From the NCBI GenBank assembly GCA_947647505.1, contig CANSKO010000009.1, positions 20,119-84,118 of the forward strand: 64,000 nucleotides of DNA. The letters are read 5' to 3'. Of this stretch, positions 19,358 through 31,671 are shown in pieces. The DNA is from an uncultured Roseburia sp. (GTDB lineage: Bacteria > Bacillota > Clostridia > Lachnospirales > Lachnospiraceae). Both the position numbers and the translations under genes were made by a program. The notes below the pieces were generated by a model, which was not told where the DNA came from, searched no databases, and saw only the letters and a program-made list of their open reading frames with translations. Each line of letters begins with the position of its first letter. Positions within the stretch are counted from its first letter, which is position 1.

Positions 19358-20374
19358 TCAGTCTGCCGTTACAAGAACGGTCATGCGCCCTTTTGCGCCG
19401 TCTTCTTTGGCATAGATGTATGCTTTTCCGACGGCTTTGGCGCGGATGGTTCCGTTTTGGTCAACGGCAGCGACTTTGCTGTTGGAGCTGGAATACGCCG
19501 GTTTGTTTTTGGAAGAGACGTATGCTTTGGCCGCGTGGGTTTCCCCGACAGAAAGCGTGACGTTTTCCTTTGCAAATGCAACCACCGGTTTTTTTACCGT
19601 AATTTCACAGGTCCGGCTGACGCCGTCGATTGTGACGGTAATAATGGCGCGTCCGTTTTTAACGGCGGTCACAGTTCCCTTTGCGTCGACGATAGCGACG
19701 CTTTTTTTGTTCGTTTTCCATTTGGGAGCGCTTTTTGATGTGGAGGATACGGCCAGTCGGACCGTTTCCGTTCGAAAAAGTGAGACAGCGCTTCTGCTTA
19801 ATTTGATCACAGGCTGCTTTACGGTTACGATGCAGGCTGCAGAAGTTTTGTCCGCGCTTGCGGTGATCGTCGCCGTTCCGGGCTTTTTTGCCAGAATGAC
19901 GCCGTTTGCGTCAACGGAGGCGACGGAAGATTTGCTCGATTTGAACGTGACCGGATGTCCGGTGGAAGAAGAAGCGGTCAGTCTTGCGCTTTCTCCGTTT
20001 TCCAGCGAGAGCTTTGCCGCGCTTAACTTGATGATGGTTTTTTGCACCGTGACGCGGCAGCTTGCCTCGCCGTTTTTGATTTTGGCCGTAATCATTGCTG
20101 TTCCGGCCTTTTTTGCTGTGATTTTGCCATAGGTATTTACGGAAGCCACGGTAGAATCGCTGGAGGAAAAAGAGGGCTTTTTCCCGGTGGACGTTATGGC
20201 GATCAGAAAGGCTTCCTCTCCGATTTTGAGCGTTTTTGCATAGCTGTCGAGCAGGATGTATGCATAGCCTTCCGCGGCATGCGCCGTTACGGAGTGAAAA
20301 TCGGTTGAAAAGAGCATGGATAATGTGAGCAGGACGGCGGCTGCCGTCGCTAAGAATTTGTTAAATTTTGACAT
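19358..20374 (-). CDS. Secreted protein with four bacterial Ig-like (Big_2) repeats
   Basis: Signal peptide MSKFNKFLATAAAVLL; four repeats of type SSxxxVAxVDxxGxITAKKxGxAxIT. Confidence 0.85.
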   Translation of the reverse strand: MSKFNKFLATAAAVLLTLSMLFSTDFHSVTAHAAEGYAYILLDSYAKTLKIGEEAFLIAITSTGKKPSFSSSDSTVASVNTYGKITAKKAGTAMITAKIKNGEASCRVTVQKTIIKLSAAKLSLENGESARLTASSSTGHPVTFKSSKSSVASVDANGVILAKKPGTATITASADKTSAACIVTVKQPVIKLSRSAVSLFRTETVRLAVSSTSKSAPKWKTNKKSVAIVDAKGTVTAVKNGRAIITVTIDGVSRTCEITVKKPVVAFAKENVTLSVGETHAAKAYVSSKNKPAYSSSNSKVAAVDQNGTIRAKAVGKAYIYAKEDGAKGRMTVLVTAD

Positions 20375-20527
20375 GGAATTCCCCCATTTCAAATCAGATC
20401 GTCTGGTTGGATTGGTAAAAATGGTAAGAATGCCACGGCAAACCGGCCTGTTTGCACTATAACATAAAAAGCAGACGCATGTATATGGCAATTTTTCAGG
20501 AATCCTTTCAATACAATTTGTTCAATA

Positions 20528-20556
20528 TTGACGAAAGAAAAATAAATTGATATAAT
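20528..20556 (+). promoter_or_regulatory. sigmaA promoter with extended -10, upstream of the GH84 gene
   Basis: TTGACG-17 bp-TATAAT preceded by TGn. Confidence 0.7.
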
Positions 20557-20687
20557 TATTTTGTGTGATTTGTCCGTGGAACAGGAGTGAAAGCATTCCG
20601 TTTTTGTATGCGTGGGGGAAGGAAAGACGCAGGCCGATTTGCTTTGTTTCAAAAACGGGCAATGAAATGAAAAACAGGAGGAATAGT

Positions 20688-23600
20688 ATGAAAACATCAA
20701 AAAGCAGAAAAAAAGCCGGATTTTATGTTCTGAGCATACTTGTGCTGGCGCTGGTGTTCTGCGTTCCGGCAGCCGCGGGCGTGCAGGATGTGGACGGGGA
20801 ATATGAAATTTACCCTACGCCGCAGAGCATTGAATACGGCGACGGCGCGCTGACGTTTCAGAGCGGCGTAAAGGTAACATATGGGGATGCTGTGGACGAC
20901 TATACGAAAACAAGAGTTGCCGATACGCTGGCCGTGCTGGATTTAAACGAACAGGCAGGCGCTGCGACGAATCTGATCGTAGGCGTATATGGTTCGAAGG
21001 ACGCGGCGGATCTTTATGGTGAGGGACATGGCGTGGATGCGGGCCTTTACGAAAAATACGACGCTTATACGCTGTGGATTCAGGGAAATGACATTGTCAT
21101 TCTCGGGAAGAATGCGGATGCCGCGTATTATGGCGTGACGACGCTGAAGCGCATTTTTGAGCAGCTGGACGGCAAATCCGTTCGTGAGCTGACGGTGAAG
21201 GACTATGCGGACACGGAATTTCGTGGATTTATCGAAGGCTATTACGGTAATCCCTGGTCGCATGAGGATCGTCTGGATTTGATGCAGTTTGGCGGCGAGA
21301 TCAAAATGAATCAGTATATTTATGCGCCCAAAGACGATCCGATGCACAACAGCCGGTGGCGCGAGCTCTACGATGAGGAAGGGCTTCAAAGAGTTGCGGA
21401 GCTGGCCAGAGTGGGCAATGAGAGCAAGTGCTTTTTTGTGTATGCGCTGCATACGTTTATGAACAGGCCGGTGGATTTATCCGATGCGAAGTATGAAGCG
21501 GAAGTGGCTATCGTAAAAGCCAAGTTCGAACAGGTCATCCGGGAGGCCGGCGTGCGTCAGATCGCCATACTTGAAGATGACGCCGGAGGAGAGACGGCGG
21601 AGCGTATGGTTCGTTATCTGAACGATATGAACGAATGGCTGAAGGAATTGCAGAAAGAGATTCCGGATTTAAAGACGGATATTCTGTACTGTCCGAACTG
21701 CTATATGAATACGACAAATGCCAAGCTGACGTATATCAGTGAAAACGTAAGCGATGAAATTCATATGGTTATGACGGGCGGAGCGATCTGGGGACATGTG
21801 TCGCAGGAATTTTCCGATAATTTCTTCAATGGCTTAAATACAAACGGGAAAGGCCGCCGTCCTTATATGTGGGTGAACTGGCCGTGTAATGACAATACGA
21901 AGAACAGCCAGATTATGGGCGGACACAACACGATTCTGCATACGGGCATTGAACCGGGCAGCTACGAAGGCGTAGTTTTAAATCCGATTCAGGAGTCGGA
22001 GTCGTCAAAGGTCGGCATCTTTACGGCGTCCGATTATACATGGAACATCTGGCAGGATGCAGCGGAAGGCGATCAGGCATGGGACGATGCGTTTAAATAC
22101 ATCGATCATATGACGCCGATTGAGACGGAAGAGTCTCTGGCATTAAAAGAAGTGGCAAAGCATCAGATTGCACAGGCGACGACGCAGCCGCAGACGCCGT
22201 TTGAAGAATCGGTTGAATTGCAGCCGAAACTGGCGGACTTTCAGACGAAATTAACGGGCGGATCTCTGACGGCAGAAGAGATAGACGCGTTAAAAGACGA
22301 ATTTAAAGTGATCAGCGACGCGGCGGATTATTATCTGGAAAGTGGAACAAACCGTCGGATGGCCAGTCAGATGACGCCGTTTTTCAGCTGTCTGCGCGAT
22401 ATGACGCTGGCGGATCAATATCTGATGGATGCGTTAAAAGCGAGCATGGAGAATGATAAAAACGCTGAAATTGCCGCTTATATGGAGGCGCAGAAGCTGT
22501 ATGAGCGGTCAAAGACATATGGATTTTTCTATTACCGGGCAGGGACGTTATATGCGAAAGCCGGCAGAAAATATATTGAGCCGTTTACGCAGCGCATCTT
22601 AAAGCATGTGTCGGATGAAGTGAAGGAAATTGTGGCGGAGACGGAAAGCGCGCAGAAGTATGAAGGAACGATTTCCCGTACGCAGCGGTGGCAGACGACG
22701 GGAGGAACGTCGGAAAGCAGCCTGACGGACGGAGATGATTCTACGTTTGTCTGGTATGACACAAAAGGAGAGGGAAGCGATAAGGATTCTTCTCTGGTGG
22801 GCGACTACATTCAGATGGATCTTGGCGAGGCAAAGCCGGTTGGCCGCGTCCGCATTCTGGTTGGCGCCGAAGGCGGCGATAAGTGGTCGTCATATCATTT
22901 GCAGTATTCGGTAGACGGCGAAACGTGGACGGAGCTTGACTCTCATACGGGAGAAGCATCCGGTGCGGATGTTTATGTGGAGCATTTAAACGGCCGCAGC
23001 GCGCGGTACATTCGCCTTGTGAATGATGTAAAAGTGAAAAAATGGGTGAAGTTTTCTGAGTTTTCCGTTTATTCCGCACCGCCTGCGGATGGCGTTTACA
23101 CGAATACGGAAGGCGGAGAATGGGAAGTGGAAACAGAGGGCGACGTAACTTCTGTTCTGGAAAAAGAAAACGCCGTATTGCAGCCGGGCGAATATGTCGG
23201 CGTGAAGCTGGACCGCATTCATGCGATTAAGAATATTACGGCAAGCGGCACGGGAATGGACGCGCTTACGGTAGAAAAATCCATGAACGGAAAAGAGTGG
23301 AGCGGAAAGGATGAAGCGGGCGGCGCGCGTTACGTTCGCCTGTACAATGCCTCGAACGCGGCAGTCACGTTCCATTTGACGTCTCTTTCCGTGGAGACGG
23401 AAGAATACAAGCCGATGGATCTTCTGGAAACGAATCTGGGCGGCGCGAATAACGATGAAGATCCAAGAAAGCTTGGAACGACGAAAGCCTGGATGGACGG
23501 AAACCTTTCCACACAGGCCAAGTACTGCGCCGCGCCGCGTCAGGGAGATTATATTACGTACGATCTGGGACAGGAGATCACGCTGCAGGCGATTAAGATA

Positions 23601-25298
23601 TATGTGACGGACACGGGGCTTGATTATCCGCGCGATGCGAAGCTGCAGGCTTCGATGGACAATCAGAACTGGACAGATCTTCTGACGATCGGAGACGGCG
23701 TGGAAAATGGAGCGGACGATAAAGATATAAAGCCGGTGGAAAGTGAAAATGGCGGCTGGATTCACGATACGGTTGACGTGGCGTATGCATATCAGGAAAA
23801 TGCGGAGATTCCGGATGTAAAGGCAAGATATATCCGGCTGTATTTTACAGCGCCGTACAGCCATCGCTGGGTAGAGGTGAATGAAATTTTAATCAACAAC
23901 GGCGCGTTTATTCCGTCCGTCAATGATCCGACGTATGAGACGGATGCGCAGCAGCAGAGAGGATACGAGCTGTCCAATCTGACGGACGGCGACCTGACGA
24001 CGGCGTTTGTTCCGGATGGAACCCAAAACGGCTATCTGATTTATCATCTGTCGGATGGAAAGGAAATTGGAAGGCTTAATATTTTACAGAGCGGCAGTGA
24101 AATCAGCAACGCCGCAGTATCGGTGCGTACGGCGGGAAGCGACGTATGGGAGCGCGTTGGAACGCTTGACAGGGCGTATTCTGCGATTTATACGAAAGAT
24201 TATGCAGATATCGTTGCCGTTAAAATCGAATGGGAGGACGTTGTTCCAACGATTTATGAGATTATTTCCATGTCGGAGCCGGGCAGCGTTCTGGATGATA
24301 ATATTGCGGAAACGGAAAAAGATCTTCAGGCTGCAAACGACAGGCTGAGCATTGCAGTCGGCGCGGCGGGAGAAGCGAAGCAGAAAGCGGATGCGGCAAA
24401 AGGTAAAGTTGACGCATCAACGGGCGCGGATAAACTGCGCGCGGAAATCGAGATGAATCAGCTGCTGGCAGAATGGGCAGGCGCGGAAGCCGAAGCGGCG
24501 AAGTTAAAAGCCGAAAAAGCGATGTGCGAAGCCGCCGTGGCAGACGCTCAGGCGCGGAAATTAAGAGCGCAGGCTGCGCTGGCAGAATCAGAAAGCGATC
24601 GGGCCGCGCTGCTTGGCCAGGCAACGCAAAAAGAGGCGGAAGCGTCCGGCTACAGGGAAGTTGCAGGTCAGGAAGAGCGGAATGTTCTGGACAAATTAGA
24701 GGAGCAGAAGGGTTACAGGAAGAAAGCGGAAGAAAAGAAAGAAGAGCTGGATCAGTTTTTACAGGAGGAAGACAAAAAAGATCCGTCTGATCCGGGAAAT
24801 CAGACGCCGGATACGCCGGGACCAGGACCGGGACAGACGCCGAATCCGCCGGCACAGACGGAGGAAAAGCCGGTTACAGGCTTTACGTTGAAGGGCATCG
24901 TTTATGAAGTTCTTGACGCGGGACAAAAGACGGTGACGGTGGCCGGGCCGGAGAATAAAAAGAAAGCAAAAACAGTCGTCATTCCGGCAACGGTATCGTA
25001 TGGGAATGTGACGTATACGGTTACGGAGATTAAGGCGTCGGCATTTAAAGGATGCAGCAAGCTGAAAAAAGTCACCATCGGAAGCAATGTTACGAAGATT
25101 GGCGCACAGGCGTTTGCACAATGTAAAAAGCTTTCCTCTGTAAATATGAAGAAAGCGGCAAAGATTGCAAAGATGGAAAAGAAGGCGTTTGATAAGATCA
25201 GCGCAAAAGCGAAGGTTCTCGTTCCGGCGAAAAAGAGCAAGCAGTATAAAAAGATGCTGAAGGGCGCGGGACTTCCGAAAAAAGCGACCATAAAATAG
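20688..25298 (+). CDS. Secreted multimodular GH84 beta-N-acetylglucosaminidase (NagH/hyaluronidase-like) with F5/8 CBM32 modules, coiled coil and LRR_5-like tail
   Basis: Signal peptide; [22 protein letters not shown], catalytic pair in [13 protein letters not shown]; discoidin ARYIRL repeats; Pro-rich linker; [13 protein letters not shown]. Confidence 0.9.
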   Translation: MKTSKSRKKAGFYVLSILVLALVFCVPAAAGVQDVDGEYEIYPTPQSIEYGDGALTFQSGVKVTYGDAVDDYTKTRVADTLAVLDLNEQAGAATNLIVGVYGSKDAADLYGEGHGVDAGLYEKYDAYTLWIQGNDIVILGKNADAAYYGVTTLKRIFEQLDGKSVRELTVKDYADTEFRGFIEGYYGNPWSHEDRLDLMQFGGEIKMNQYIYAPKDDPMHNSRWRELYDEEGLQRVAELARVGNESKCFFVYALHTFMNRPVDLSDAKYEAEVAIVKAKFEQVIREAGVRQIAILEDDAGGETAERMVRYLNDMNEWLKELQKEIPDLKTDILYCPNCYMNTTNAKLTYISENVSDEIHMVMTGGAIWGHVSQEFSDNFFNGLNTNGKGRRPYMWVNWPCNDNTKNSQIMGGHNTILHTGIEPGSYEGVVLNPIQESESSKVGIFTASDYTWNIWQDAAEGDQAWDDAFKYIDHMTPIETEESLALKEVAKHQIAQATTQPQTPFEESVELQPKLADFQTKLTGGSLTAEEIDALKDEFKVISDAADYYLESGTNRRMASQMTPFFSCLRDMTLADQYLMDALKASMENDKNAEIAAYMEAQKLYERSKTYGFFYYRAGTLYAKAGRKYIEPFTQRILKHVSDEVKEIVAETESAQKYEGTISRTQRWQTTGGTSESSLTDGDDSTFVWYDTKGEGSDKDSSLVGDYIQMDLGEAKPVGRVRILVGAEGGDKWSSYHLQYSVDGETWTELDSHTGEASGADVYVEHLNGRSARYIRLVNDVKVKKWVKFSEFSVYSAPPADGVYTNTEGGEWEVETEGDVTSVLEKENAVLQPGEYVGVKLDRIHAIKNITASGTGMDALTVEKSMNGKEWSGKDEAGGARYVRLYNASNAAVTFHLTSLSVETEEYKPMDLLETNLGGANNDEDPRKLGTTKAWMDGNLSTQAKYCAAPRQGDYITYDLGQEITLQAIKIYVTDTGLDYPRDAKLQASMDNQNWTDLLTIGDGVENGADDKDIKPVESENGGWIHDTVDVAYAYQENAEIPDVKARYIRLYFTAPYSHRWVEVNEILINNGAFIPSVNDPTYETDAQQQRGYELSNLTDGDLTTAFVPDGTQNGYLIYHLSDGKEIGRLNILQSGSEISNAAVSVRTAGSDVWERVGTLDRAYSAIYTKDYADIVAVKIEWEDVVPTIYEIISMSEPGSVLDDNIAETEKDLQAANDRLSIAVGAAGEAKQKADAAKGKVDASTGADKLRAEIEMNQLLAEWAGAEAEAAKLKAEKAMCEAAVADAQARKLRAQAALAESESDRAALLGQATQKEAEASGYREVAGQEERNVLDKLEEQKGYRKKAEEKKEELDQFLQEEDKKDPSDPGNQTPDTPGPGPGQTPNPPAQTEEKPVTGFTLKGIVYEVLDAGQKTVTVAGPENKKKAKTVVIPATVSYGNVTYTVTEIKASAFKGCSKLKKVTIGSNVTKIGAQAFAQCKKLSSVNMKKAAKIAKMEKKAFDKISAKAKVLVPAKKSKQYKKMLKGAGLPKKATIK

Positions 25299-25313
25299 AA
25301 AAGAGTATGATCT

Positions 25314-25348
25314 GGCCGGGCAGCGGGGAGCTGCCCGGTCGTTTTTTT
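25314..25348 (+). terminator. Intrinsic terminator
   Basis: GGCCGGGCAGC-gggga-GCTGCCCGGTC followed by GTTTTTTT. Confidence 0.85.
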
Positions 25349-25422
25349 ACAGTTGCATCCCGCTTTTTTTTATGGTAATATCTACACAATTGCCAGTAAA
25401 CAGAACGAAACGGAGGAAGAAT

Positions 25423-26901
25423 ATGGGGAAAATCAGGACAAGGTTTGCGCCAAGTCCGACAGGGCGTATGCATGTCGGAAATTTAAGGACGGCGCTGTAT
25501 GCCTATTTGATTGCCAGACATGCGGGCGGCGAGTTTATATTGCGGATTGAAGATACGGATCAGGAACGATATATGGAAGAGGCGACGCCGGTTATTTATC
25601 GGACGATGCAGGCGACAGGGCTGATTCATGACGAAGGGCCGGATAAGGACGGCGGCGTCGGCCCGTATATCCAGAGCGAGCGCCAGAAGCAGGGAATTTA
25701 TCTGGATTATGCAAAGCGGCTGATCGAAAAGGGAGAAGCTTACTACTGTTTCTGTGACAGAGAACGTCTGGAAGGCTTAAAGGAGACGGTGGCCGGCAAG
25801 GAAATTGCAATTTATGACAAGCATTGTCTTGGCTTAAGCAGAGAAGAGATCGAAGAAAAGCTTGCGGCCGGCGTGCCTTATGTGATCCGTCAGAACAATC
25901 CGCGTACCGGAACGACGGTGTTTGAAGATGAAATATACGGCAGGATTGAAGTGGAGAACGCAGAGCTTGACGATATGATTCTGATCAAATCCGACGGGTA
26001 TCCGACGTATAATTTTGCCAATGTCGTAGACGACCATCTGATGGGCATTACGCATATCGTAAGGGGAAATGAGTATCTGTCGTCTTCTCCGAAATACAAC
26101 CGTCTCTACGAAGCGTTTGGATGGGAAGTTCCCGTCTATGTGCATTGTCCTCTGATTACAAATGAAGCGCACCAGAAGCTGAGCAAGCGAAGCGGGCATT
26201 CTTCGTATGAAGATCTCGTGGAACAGGGATTTCTGACGGAGGCTATTGTCAATTTTGTGGCGCTGCTTGGCTGGAGTCCGTCGGAAAACCGTGAAATTTT
26301 CAGCTTAAAAGAGCTGGAGGAGGCGTTTGACTATCATCACATGAGCAAATCGCCGGCCGTGTTTGATCTGACGAAGCTGAAATGGATGAACGGGGAATAT
26401 CTGAAAGCGATGGAGTTTGAAACGTTTTATGCTATGGCAGAGCCTTATATTCGCAAAGTGGTGACAAAAGCGTACGACTGTAAAAAGATTGCAAAGCTGA
26501 TTCAGACCAGGATTGAAATTTTTCCGGATCTTATGGAGCAGATTGACTTTTTTGAAGCATTGCCGGAATACGATATCGCCATGTATACACATAAGAAGAT
26601 GAAGACAAATCCGCAGACGGCGCTTGCGGTATTAGAAGAGATGCTTCCTCTGCTTATGGCGCAGGAGGATTATGGCAACGATGCGCTGTATGCTGCAATT
26701 TCCGCGTTTATCAAAGAAAAAGGCTATAAAAACGGCTATGTGCTTTGGCCGCTGCGTACGGCTGTTTCCGGGAAACAGATGACGCCGGGCGGCGCGACGG
26801 AGATTATGGAAATTATCGGCAAAGAAGAATCGCTTGCGAGAATCCGTACGGGAATTGAAAAATTGCGGGAGGGCGGGATGCATGCAGATGCGTCTGAGTG
26901 A
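25423..26901 (+). CDS. gltX: Glutamate--tRNA ligase
   Basis: [26 protein letters not shown]; RBS GGAGG. Confidence 0.96.
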   Translation: MGKIRTRFAPSPTGRMHVGNLRTALYAYLIARHAGGEFILRIEDTDQERYMEEATPVIYRTMQATGLIHDEGPDKDGGVGPYIQSERQKQGIYLDYAKRLIEKGEAYYCFCDRERLEGLKETVAGKEIAIYDKHCLGLSREEIEEKLAAGVPYVIRQNNPRTGTTVFEDEIYGRIEVENAELDDMILIKSDGYPTYNFANVVDDHLMGITHIVRGNEYLSSSPKYNRLYEAFGWEVPVYVHCPLITNEAHQKLSKRSGHSSYEDLVEQGFLTEAIVNFVALLGWSPSENREIFSLKELEEAFDYHHMSKSPAVFDLTKLKWMNGEYLKAMEFETFYAMAEPYIRKVVTKAYDCKKIAKLIQTRIEIFPDLMEQIDFFEALPEYDIAMYTHKKMKTNPQTALAVLEEMLPLLMAQEDYGNDALYAAISAFIKEKGYKNGYVLWPLRTAVSGKQMTPGGATEIMEIIGKEESLARIRTGIEKLREGGMHADASE

Positions 26902-28708
26902 GGCCCAGATGCAGGCCGTTTCGCACAGAGACGGCCCTATGCTGACGCTTGCTGGACCCGGGTCCGGCAAGACGACCGTCATTACCAGGCGCATCGCATA
27001 TTTAATCCGGCATGCGCACATTGATCCATCGAACATTCTCGTCATTACCTTCACCAAAGCTGCGGCAAAGGAAATGAAAGAGCGGTTTCTTCTGCAAATG
27101 CCATCGGAAGGAAGCCGCGTGACGTTTGGCACGTTTCACGCCGTCTTTTTTATGATATTAAAACATGCGTATCACTATGACGCTTCCAGTATCATACGGG
27201 AAGAAGAGCGGATGCAGTTTATGCGTGGCAAAATTCGTTCCATGCGGCTTGAATGTGAAGATGAGGCGGCGCTTGCTTTAGATCTTCTGGCGGAGTTTGG
27301 CAGGATAAAAAGCGGCCGGATACCGCTTGCGCATTATTATCCGGTCTGCTGCGGCAGGGAAGCGTTTGAACAGCTTTTTCAATCGTACCATCAGTTTTTA
27401 ACAAGCCATCGGAAGCTTGATTTTGACGATATGCTTGTTTATACATATGAGCTGTTTTCCGAACGAAGCGACATTCTTCTGGCGTGGCAGAAGAAATACC
27501 GCTATATTCTGGTCGATGAATTTCAGGACGTCAATCAAATACAGTATGATATTGTGCGTATGCTTGCAGACCGGGAGAAAAACCTGTTTGTCGTGGGCGA
27601 CGACGATCAGTCGATTTACCGCTTTCGCGGCGCAAAGCCGGGCATTATGCTGCATATGCCAAAGGACTACCCACAGGCAAAGATCGTGCGCCTTTCCCAC
27701 AATTACCGCTGTCCTGAGGAGGTGGTGCGCATGGCTGCAAATATCATCGCGCACAATGAAGAGCGTTTTGAAAAAGAAATTTTATCCGTCAGGAAAGAAG
27801 CGCATGCCGTTACGATGGAGCTGTGCGCGACGCAGAGGGAGGAAACGCAGAAGATCATTGACCGGATCTTGTCGCGGGAAGCCTCTTATGCGCAGACGGC
27901 GGTTTTGTTTCGTACGAATTTGCAGGCGGGGATGTTTACGGAGCGCCTGATGGAATACAATATTCCGTTCCGGTCGGGCGACGTTATGCCCGGCCCGTAT
28001 GAGCACTGGATTGCGCGGGATCTTTGCGCGTATCTTCGGATTGCGCAGGGAAGCCGCAGTCGAAGCGACTTTCTGATGATTATGAACCGGCCGAAGCGGT
28101 ATATAAGCAGAGAAAGCCTGGAGGCGTCCGTGGTTTCCTTTGACCGATGGCAGGCGTTTTATGCCGATTGTCCGTGGATGGAGGAGCGGATCGAAACGCT
28201 GCGCGAAGATGCGCTTGCGCTGCGCGGCATGCGGCCGTTTGCGGCCATCAATTATATCCGCAAAGCAGTTGGCTATGAAGAATTTTTGCAGACGTATGCG
28301 AAGGAAAAGAACATAGACGCAGAAGGGTTGCTTGAGATACTGGACGCTTTGCAGGAGGGAAGCCGGCCGTTCGCTTCGTTTGCGGAATGGCTGGATCATA
28401 TCAGGGATTATAAAGAAGAAATGAAGCGCGCCCGCAGCCAGATGGAACAAGAGGCGGACGCCGTAACGCTTTCGACGTTTCACAGCGCAAAGGGGCTGGA
28501 GTTTGACGTAGTGCATATTCCGGACGTCAATGAAGGAATCATTCCATACAAAAAAGCCGTCCTTCCTGCGGATCTGGAGGAAGAACGGCGGATGTTTTAT
28601 GTGGGGATTACCCGTGCGGCAAAAAAACTGCATCTGTACGCTGCGAAAGAAATCCGCCATCAGAACGTGGCGCTTTCCAGATTCTGGATGGAAGCGGGGA
28701 CGATTTAA
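26882..28708 (+). CDS. UvrD/PcrA-like SF1 ATP-dependent DNA helicase
   Basis: [44 protein letters not shown]. Confidence 0.92.
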   Translation: MQMRLSEAQMQAVSHRDGPMLTLAGPGSGKTTVITRRIAYLIRHAHIDPSNILVITFTKAAAKEMKERFLLQMPSEGSRVTFGTFHAVFFMILKHAYHYDASSIIREEERMQFMRGKIRSMRLECEDEAALALDLLAEFGRIKSGRIPLAHYYPVCCGREAFEQLFQSYHQFLTSHRKLDFDDMLVYTYELFSERSDILLAWQKKYRYILVDEFQDVNQIQYDIVRMLADREKNLFVVGDDDQSIYRFRGAKPGIMLHMPKDYPQAKIVRLSHNYRCPEEVVRMAANIIAHNEERFEKEILSVRKEAHAVTMELCATQREETQKIIDRILSREASYAQTAVLFRTNLQAGMFTERLMEYNIPFRSGDVMPGPYEHWIARDLCAYLRIAQGSRSRSDFLMIMNRPKRYISRESLEASVVSFDRWQAFYADCPWMEERIETLREDALALRGMRPFAAINYIRKAVGYEEFLQTYAKEKNIDAEGLLEILDALQEGSRPFASFAEWLDHIRDYKEEMKRARSQMEQEADAVTLSTFHSAKGLEFDVVHIPDVNEGIIPYKKAVLPADLEEERRMFYVGITRAAKKLHLYAAKEIRHQNVALSRFWMEAGTI

Positions 28709-29010
28709 TCCTCCGTCGCCTCCGCTTCTTCCAGCCACTCGTCAAACCGTTCGGCAACCGCGTCGTATTCCGCATCGGACGAAATGTTTTCCAGGGAAGG
28801 ATTTCCGTCCGCGTCCTCCAGATAGCGGTAAAGATATACCGTCGCTTCTTCCGCATCGAGCTCTTCTTCCGGGAGCAGCGCGATATAATCGTTTCCATTC
28901 ACTTCAAAAATCGTAAGAATCTCGCATTCTTCCTGCGTGCCGTCTTCCATATCAAGCGTAACGCAGATATCTTCCTCATCCGGTATTGCACTGTTTTTCT
29001 TTCTGCCCAT
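28705..29010 (-). CDS. DUF1292 family acidic protein
   Basis: ILTIFEVNGNDYIALLP...EYDAVAERF; RBS AGGAGG. Confidence 0.85.
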   Translation of the reverse strand: MGRKKNSAIPDEEDICVTLDMEDGTQEECEILTIFEVNGNDYIALLPEEELDAEEATVYLYRYLEDADGNPSLENISSDAEYDAVAERFDEWLEEAEATED

Positions 29011-29121
29011 TCTAAAAATCCTCCTGTTGGTTGTTTTTAGCATTATATAACAAATTGAAAGCAGGGGCAAGCGGGATTTGCCAATCCACCCGCAGAACTG
29101 CCCTGCCGTTCGACGTTTTCC

Positions 29122-29150
29122 TTGTACACAGAGTATAAAAATGTTATAAT
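29122..29150 (+). promoter_or_regulatory. sigmaA promoter with extended -10, upstream of the glgX-like gene
   Basis: TTGTAC-17 bp-TATAAT preceded by TGn. Confidence 0.65.
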
Positions 29151-29181
29151 AAACCGTACTTGCTTAGTTTAGGATGAAAAG

Positions 29182-31050
29182 GTGATAAAAAACATGGAGT
29201 TTGAGGTGAAAAGGGGCGATTTCTTTCGACTGGGAGTTACGAAAGGAAAAACATGGACAAATTTTTGCATTGTATGCAGAAAAGAAGCGGAATGCAGCAT
29301 TTTGCTATATAAAAGAGATCAGAAAGAATGTGTGGAAGAAATTCCGGTTTCGGATGCATTTTCACAGGGCAATCTTCGCGCGGCGCGCGTGGAGGGACTG
29401 CAGCTTTCGGACTATGATTACAATTATCGGATCAATGGAACGGAAGTAACGGACCCCTTTGCAAGGAGGATCGTAGGAAGAGAGAAATGGGCTGATCCTG
29501 AGCGGAATCCGACGGAGACGCTGCGCAGCCGGCATGAGGAGAACCGTTTTTCCTGGAAAGGGGAGCGCCGCGTGGAGATTCCGAGAAGGGATATGACGCT
29601 TTACAAGCTTCATGTCAGAGGGTTTACGAAGGGGCTGCCGGAAAGCGTGCCGGACAGAGGGACGTTTCGGGCGCTTGCGCGGAAGCTTTCTTATTTGAAA
29701 ACGCTTGGCATTACGTCGATTGAGCTGATGCCGGTGTATGAATTTGAAGAAAAGATACCGACAGAGGGAGGAGAGCCGCCAGAGTATAAAAGGTGGACCT
29801 ACAGAAAAAAAGATAAAATTCGAAAGCCGGCTCAAAGGCCGGAATACAAAATGAATTACTGGGGCTACGGGAAGGGCATGTATTTTGCGCCAAAAGCGTC
29901 GTACGCCGCCGGTGAATATCCGGATCTGGAATTCAAAGAATGCATATTGAAAATGCACAAAATGGGCATGGAATGCATCATGGAGATGGATTTTGCGGAT
30001 GATATGCCGGGAGAGTGGATTCTGGCCGCGCTCCGATACTGGGTCAGCGAGTATCATGTAGACGGCTTTCATTTGCAGGGGGATCGCGTACCGATCGGGC
30101 TTTTACTGGAGGACGCCTATCTGGGAAGGACGAAGCTGTTTTACAAAGAGATGACGGAGCATGCGATTCCAGACGCGGAAGCGGCGTTTCCGCGGGCGTT
30201 TCTGGATACGGATGAATTTCTTTATCCGTGTCGCAAGCTGGCAAACGGCATGCATGGAACGATATGGGAGCTTGCAGATCAGATGAAAAAACAGAATGCA
30301 AAGCTTGGCTATGTCAATTATATTGCGGATCACAATGGCTTTACGCTGTATGATCTGTTTGTCTATGGACAGAAGCACAACGAGGCCAACGGAGAAGCCA
30401 ATGCGGACGGGCCTGTGTGGAATTACAGCAGCAACTGCGGCGTAGAGGGCGAGACGACGAGCCGCAATGTGCAAAGAATCCGTGACCGGCGGATGAAAAA
30501 TGCGGCTGCGATGCTTTTTCTGGCGCAGGGAGCGCCGATGCTTATGGCGGGAGATGAGGACTGCAATACGCAAAAGGGAAACAACAATGCCTACTGTCAG
30601 GACAATCCCATTGGCTGGAAGGACTGGGGCATAAGCCGTCATAAGAAAGAATTTTTAAAATATATTCGCACGCTGATTGCGTTTCGTAAAGAACATGCCA
30701 TTCTGCGCATGGAGCGGCCGATGCGCCTTGCGGACACGGAATCTTACGGATGTCCCGATTTGTCGTATCATGAGGAATCGGCATGGCTTGCGCCGGGATT
30801 TTATGAGCGCGGCGCGCTGGGCATGCTCTATTGCGGAAAATATGCGGGCGAAGAGGAAGACGTTTATCTGGGATTTAATTTTTCGGATTTACATAAGAGT
30901 CTTGCGCTTCCAAAGCAGAAAAACAAAAAGAAATGGCATCTTGTCATGGATACGGCTTTAAAAGGCGCATTTTTGCCGGAGCCGGAAGAATTGCAGGAAT
31001 TCTGTTATACGCTGGAAGCGCAGAGCGTATGTATTATACTGGGAAAATAA
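29182..31050 (+). CDS. GlgX/isoamylase-like GH13 protein, catalytic residues degenerate
   Basis: CBM48-like N-terminus, LHVRGFT, IELMPV, NYWGY, WNYSSNCGVEG, QKGNNNAYCQDN; but DGFHLQ and HNGFT replace DGFRFD and HDGFT. Confidence 0.85.
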   Translation: MIKNMEFEVKRGDFFRLGVTKGKTWTNFCIVCRKEAECSILLYKRDQKECVEEIPVSDAFSQGNLRAARVEGLQLSDYDYNYRINGTEVTDPFARRIVGREKWADPERNPTETLRSRHEENRFSWKGERRVEIPRRDMTLYKLHVRGFTKGLPESVPDRGTFRALARKLSYLKTLGITSIELMPVYEFEEKIPTEGGEPPEYKRWTYRKKDKIRKPAQRPEYKMNYWGYGKGMYFAPKASYAAGEYPDLEFKECILKMHKMGMECIMEMDFADDMPGEWILAALRYWVSEYHVDGFHLQGDRVPIGLLLEDAYLGRTKLFYKEMTEHAIPDAEAAFPRAFLDTDEFLYPCRKLANGMHGTIWELADQMKKQNAKLGYVNYIADHNGFTLYDLFVYGQKHNEANGEANADGPVWNYSSNCGVEGETTSRNVQRIRDRRMKNAAAMLFLAQGAPMLMAGDEDCNTQKGNNNAYCQDNPIGWKDWGISRHKKEFLKYIRTLIAFRKEHAILRMERPMRLADTESYGCPDLSYHEESAWLAPGFYERGALGMLYCGKYAGEEEDVYLGFNFSDLHKSLALPKQKNKKKWHLVMDTALKGAFLPEPEELQEFCYTLEAQSVCIILGK

Positions 31051-31059
31051 AGGCAGGAA

Positions 31060-31671
31060 GTGGAAATGAAAGCTTGGCAGCATTTAAAAACGATTGTGCA
31101 TCATAAGAATCTGGTGCGGCAGGGATGCTTTCGCGTGGGTCTTTACCGGCAGGGCATTATGCATGACTGGTCAAAATATACGCCCGCAGAATTTCTGATC
31201 GGCTGTAAATACTATCGGGGCAATATCAGTCCCAACAATGCGGAGCGGGAGGATAAGGGGTATTCTTCGGCATGGCTGCATCATAAAGGCAGAAACAAGC
31301 ATCATCTGGAGTACTGGATTGATTACGATGAAAATGGAAAAGGATGCATAACGGGAATGCGCATGCCGACGAAATACGTTGTGGAAATGTTTATCGACCG
31401 TATTTCGGCTTCGAAAAATTATCAGAAAGAGGCCTATACGGACAGCAGCCCGTTACAGTATTATGAAAAGGGAAAAGACCATTACATCATGCATCCTGCG
31501 ACAAGGGCGCTTTTGGAGAAGCTTTTGCGCATGCTTGCAGAGCATGGTGAAGAGTATGTATACCGTTATATTCGCAGACGGATGCCGGGGCGCGGCAGAC
31601 GTTTTTTGAGAACGCGTCGGACCGTCTGCTGCAAACGAAGGAAGGGCAGAAAGAAGGGTAAGACATGTTAA
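31060..31671 (+). CDS. DUF5662-like His-rich (HD-like) protein
   Basis: MHDWSKY, AWLHHKGRNKHH, EMFIDR. Confidence 0.65.
   Translation: MEMKAWQHLKTIVHHKNLVRQGCFRVGLYRQGIMHDWSKYTPAEFLIGCKYYRGNISPNNAEREDKGYSSAWLHHKGRNKHHLEYWIDYDENGKGCITGMRMPTKYVVEMFIDRISASKNYQKEAYTDSSPLQYYEKGKDHYIMHPATRALLEKLLRMLAEHGEEYVYRYIRRRMPGRGRRFLRTRRTVCCKRRKGRKKGKTC

Noticed and set aside
20425-20460. GGCAAACCGGCCTGTTTGC hairpin as a c-di-GMP-I riboswitch
   Set aside because: Lacks the GNRA-capped stem and the following GCAAA/second stem; an Rfam scan would settle it
26882-28708. UvrD helicase as a Gabija-like defence component
   Set aside because: Host-like base composition, coupled to gltX, no adjacent OLD/TOPRIM nuclease
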